Below, piece by piece: positions 59,901-64,000 of a stretch of 64,000 nucleotides of DNA. The stretch covers positions 97,960,001 to 98,024,000 of the forward strand of contig OZ024744.1 in assembly GCA_964016885.1 (NCBI GenBank), given 5' to 3'. Every line of letters starts with the position of its first letter. Within the stretch, counting starts at the first letter, position 1. The notes beneath the pieces were generated by a model. The model was given only the letters and a program-made list of their open reading frames with translations. It ran no database searches and was not told the DNA's origin. The DNA comes from Eledone cirrhosa. Its lineage: Eukaryota. Position numbers and translations under genes: made by a program.

Positions 59901-62654
59901 AGTGTATCTCTGTGTCAGTGTATATCAATGTCAGTGTATGTCAGTGTCAGTGTATGTCTGTGTCAGTGTATATTAGTGTTAGTGTGTGTCAGGGTCAGTG
60001 TATGTCAGTGTCAGTGTATGTCTGTGTCAGTGTATGTCAGTGTCAGTGTATGTCTGTGTCAGTGTATGTCTGTGTCAGTGTATGTCTGTGTCAGTCTATG
60101 TCAGTGTCAGTATATGTCAGTATCAGTGTATGTCTGTGTCAGTGTATGTCTGTGTCAGTGTATGTCTATGTCAGTGTATGTCAGTGTCAGTATATGTCAG
60201 TGTCAGTGTATGTCAGTGTCAGTGTATGTCAGTGTCACTGTATGTCAGTGTATGTCAGTGTCAGTGTATGTCAGTGACAGTGTATGTCTGTGTCAGTGTA
60301 TATCAGTGACAGTGTATGTCAGTGTACGTCAGTGCGTCTGTGTCAGTATATACGTGTATGTCTGTGTATGCCTGTGTCAGTGTATATCTGTGTCAGTGTA
60401 TGTCAGTGTCAGTATATGTCTGTGTCAGTGTTTGTCAGTGTATGTCTGTGTATGCCTGTGTCAGTGTATGTCTGTGTCAGTGTATGTCAGTGTCAGTGTA
60501 TGTCTGTGTCAGTGTATGTCTGTGTCAGTGTATGTCTGTGTCAGTGTATGTCAGTGTCAGTGTATGTCTGTGTCAGTGTATGTCTGTGTCAGTGTATGTC
60601 TGTGTCAGTGCATGTCTGTGTCAGTGCATGTCAGTGTCAGTGTATGTCTGTGTCAGTGTATGTCTGTGTCAGTCTATGTCAGTGTCCGTGTATGTCTGTG
60701 TCAGTGTATGTCAGTGTCGGTGTATGTCAGTGTCAGTGTATGTCTCTGTCAGTGTATGACAGTGTCAGTGTATGTCAGTGTCAGTGTATGTCAGTGTCAG
60801 TGTATGTCAGTGTCAGTGTATGTCAGTGTCAGTGTATGTCTGTGTCAGTGTATGTCTGTGTCAGTGTATGTCAGTGTCAGTGTATGTCTCTGTCAGTGTA
60901 TGACAGTGTCATTGTATGTCAGTGTCAGTGTATGTCAGTGTCAGTGTATGTCAGTGTCAGTGTATGTCTGTGTCAGTGTATGTCTGGTCAGTGTATGACA
61001 GTGTCAGTGTATGTCTCTGTCAGTGTATGACAGTGTCAGTGTATGTCAGTGTCAGTGTATGTCTGTGTCAGTGTATGTGTCAGTGTCAGTGTATATCAGT
61101 GTCAGTGTATGTCTCTGTCAGTGTATGTCTGTGTCAGTGTATGTCAGTGTCAGTGTATGTCAGTGTCAGTGTATGTCAGTGTCAGTGTATGTCTGTGTCA
61201 GTGTATGTCAGTGTCAGTGTATGTATGTGTCAGTGTATGTCTGTGTCACTGTATGTCTGTGTCACTATATGTCTGTGTCAGTGTATGTCTGTGTCAGTGT
61301 ATGTCTGTGTCAGTGTATGTCTGTGTCAGTGTATGTCTATGTCAGTGTATGTCAGTGTCAGTATATGTCAGTGTCAGTGTATGTCAGTGTCAGTGTATGT
61401 CAGTGTCACTGTATGTCAGTGTATGTCAGTGTCAGTGTATGTCAGTGACAGTGTATGTCTGTGTCAGTGTATATCAGTGACAGTGTATGTCAGTGTACGT
61501 CAGTGCGTCTGTGTCAGTATATACGTGTATATCTGTGTATGCCTGTGTCAGTGTATATCTGTGTCAGTGTATGTCAGTGTTAGTATATGTCTGTGTCAGT
61601 GTTTGTCAGTGTATGTCTGTGTATGCCTGTGTCATTGTATGTCTGTGTCAGTGTATGTCAGTGTCAGTGTATGTCTGTGTCAGTGTATGTCTGTGTCAGT
61701 GTATGTCTGTGTCAGTCTATGTCAGTGTCAGTATATGTCAGTATCAGTGTATGTCAGTGTCAGTATATGTCAGTGTCACTGTATGTCTGTGTCAGTGTAT
61801 GTCAGTGTCAGTGTATGTCAGTGTCAGTGTATGTCTCTGTCAGTGTATGTCAGTTTCAGTGTATGTCAGTATCAGTGTATGTCAGTGTCTGTATATGTCA
61901 GTGTCAGTGTGTGTCTGTGTCAGTGTATGTGTCAGTGTCAGTGTATATCAGTGTCAGTGTATGTCTGTGTCAGTGTATGTCTGTGTCAGTGTATATCAGT
62001 GTCAGTGTATGTCAGTGTCAGTGTATGTCAGTGTCAGTGTATGTCAGTATCAGTGTATGTCTGTGTCAGTATATGTCAGTGTCAGTGTATGTCTGTGTCA
62101 GTGTATGTGTCAGTGTCAGTGTATATCAGTGTCAGTGTATGTCTGTGTCAGTGTATGTGTCAGTGTCAGTGTATATCAGTGTCAGTGTATGTCAGTGTCA
62201 GTGTATGTCAGTGTCAGTGTATGTCTGTGTCAGTGTATGTCTGTGTCAGTGCATGTCAGTGTCAGTGTATGTCAGTGTATGTCTGTGTCAGTGTATGTCA
62301 GTGTCAGTGTATGTCAGTGTCAGTATATGTCAGTGTCAGTGTATGTCAGTATCAGTGTATGTCTGTGTCAGTATATGTCAGTGTCAGTGTATGTCTGTGT
62401 CAGTGTATGTCAGTGTCAGTGTATGTCAGTGTCAGTGTATATCAGTGTCAGTGTATGTCTGTGTCAGTGTATGTTTCAGTGTCAGTGTATATCAGTGTCA
62501 GTGTATATATGTGTTGTCCAAGGAACCCTGTCCCAGTCAATACCACAATAAATTAGAACTATCCAGAATATAAAACCACCACAGTCGTAGTAGTATGTAC
62601 CAATACACATCTTCCCTTTAGCTGTCATTTGTGACGGTTATAGGGGCCAGTTAG
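56982..62654 (+). mobile_element. Helitron-like element with an internal 5-kb satellite
   Basis: Starts TCTACTAATATATAAG; ends with hairpin GCTGTCA..TGACGGT + GGGGCCAG-TTAG|T. Confidence 0.7.
57380..62510 (+). repeat. 16-bp minisatellite array, same family as 1-2830
   Basis: Seen directly. It grades out of a degenerate (GT)/(GTAT) tract at 57220-57420. Confidence 0.97.
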
Positions 62655-62745
62655 TGTAATAATAATTGTTTCTACTTTAGGCACAAGACCAGCAATTACC
62701 CAGTGCATTACTGGTACTTTATTTTATCGACCCCTTAAGGATGAA

Positions 62746-63042
62746 ATAATAATAATGATTTCATTTATTGGTCACAAGGTTCGACATATAGGGGACAATA
62801 CAATAGACTGGGACAGTGGGCGTTTACATATACAACGTGTAAACAATATAAATATCAATAGTAACAAGAAAAATACAAGAAAAATTCTCCAATATGGAGG
62901 ATGACCACCCAGTGTTCACTCAGGTACCCCACTAATCCTGCACGACCCGACGCTTCGAGAGCATCCTGGACGCCCCCCCCCCCTCCCTCTCCTCCTCAAA
63001 TTTACCCACCTACAAGCCCATGATCAGCATAGGCTGACTCAC
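62746..63042 (-). mobile_element. 3'-UTR fragment of the (ATT)n-tailed Tx1 family
   Basis: Homologous to 34730-35030 (GGTGGGGTACC.GAGT..., TTGTATTGTCCCCTA..TGTCG..CCTTGTG..AATAAATGAAAT). Confidence 0.75.
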
Positions 63043-63044
63043 AC

Positions 63045-64000
63045 AATAATTGTTTCTACTTTAGGCAAAAGACCAGCAATTTCAGGTCGTAACTCTATAC
63101 CACAAAGTATATTGTCCGACGCGATACTGTCAATCCACGAAAAATAATTATTTCCACTTTAGGCACACAAGGCCACCAAATTGAAGGGAAGAGGAAATTC
63201 GATTAAATGGTCCCGAGTACATTACTGGTACTTTATTTTATTGACCTCCACAAGGATGAAAGGCAAAGCACCTAACTTCTGGCACAAAGCCAGCCATTGC
63301 CATAGTGCATAACTGGTACTTCGTTTTATCGACCCCGTAAGGATGAAAGGCAAAGTTAACCTCGGCAGGAGTTGAACTCAGATCATAAAGGGCCGTAACT
63401 CTATGCTGCAAAGTATGGTGTCCGACAATCAACCAATAATAATATTGTTACTACTTTTGGCACAAGGACAGCTATTTATTCCAGTTCATTACTGGTACTT
63501 TATTTTATTGACCTCTCGTAAGGATGAAAGGCAAAGTTAATCTCGGCAGGATTTGAACTTAGATCATAAAGGGCCGTAACTCTATGCTGCAAAGTATGGT
63601 GTCCGATGCTCTACCGATACTGCCAAACCACCGTTAACCCAATAATTGTTTCTACTTTTGGCACAAGGCCAGCAATTATCCCAGTGCATTACTGGTACCT
63701 TATTTTATTGACCCCGTAAGGATGAAAGGGAAAGTTAACCTCGACGGGATTTGAACTCAAAACGTAAAGGGCCGTAACTCTGTACTGCAAAGCATGGCGT
63801 CCGACCATCTACTGATATTGTTAATCCACCGCCAATAATAAATGTTTCTACTTTGGGCACGAAGACAGCTATTTACTCCAGTGTATTACTGGTATTTTAT
63901 TTTATCGGCCCCCGTAAGGATGAAAGGCAAAGTTAACCTCAGCGGGATTTGAACTCAGAACGTAAAGGGCCATGACTCTATGCTACAAAGCATGGTGTCC
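63045..64000 (-). mobile_element. Head-to-tail stack of about 6-7 SINE copies and fragments
   Basis: Successive consensus matches, all on the minus strand, separated by short AAT-rich linkers. Confidence 0.88.

Overview
Eukaryotic (animal) repeat-dense DNA with no recognisable host gene. The abundant tRNA-derived SINE and the microsatellite density suggest an octopod cephalopod (inference from memory, not checked). Contents: two full-length Tx1-clade LINEs stacked head-to-tail in (GATA)n, one with intact ORF1 and ORF2; truncated or inverted Tx1 copies; an RTE-clade LINE and RTE-derived short elements stacked in (ATGT)n; R4/Dong-like RLE LINE fragments; two Penelope-like (GIY-YIG) remnants; a decayed hAT transposon; about 20 SINE copies; and nested or tandem non-autonomous Helitron-like elements, one family carrying a multi-kb 16-bp satellite. 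Structure the ORF track does not show: (1) about ten type-I hammerhead-ribozyme-like motifs of several unrelated families, often inside fold-back palindromes; (2) apparent microsatellite-specific partitioning of the retroelement families; (3) a conserved GT-AG intron-like segment in the Tx1 5' UTR plus a second donor at the ORF1 stop; (4) a 28x45-bp tandem amplification of a SINE promoter head; (5) a SINE 3' tail resembling the tail of the (ATT)n Tx1 family. Most long ORFs in the track are translations of simple repeats.
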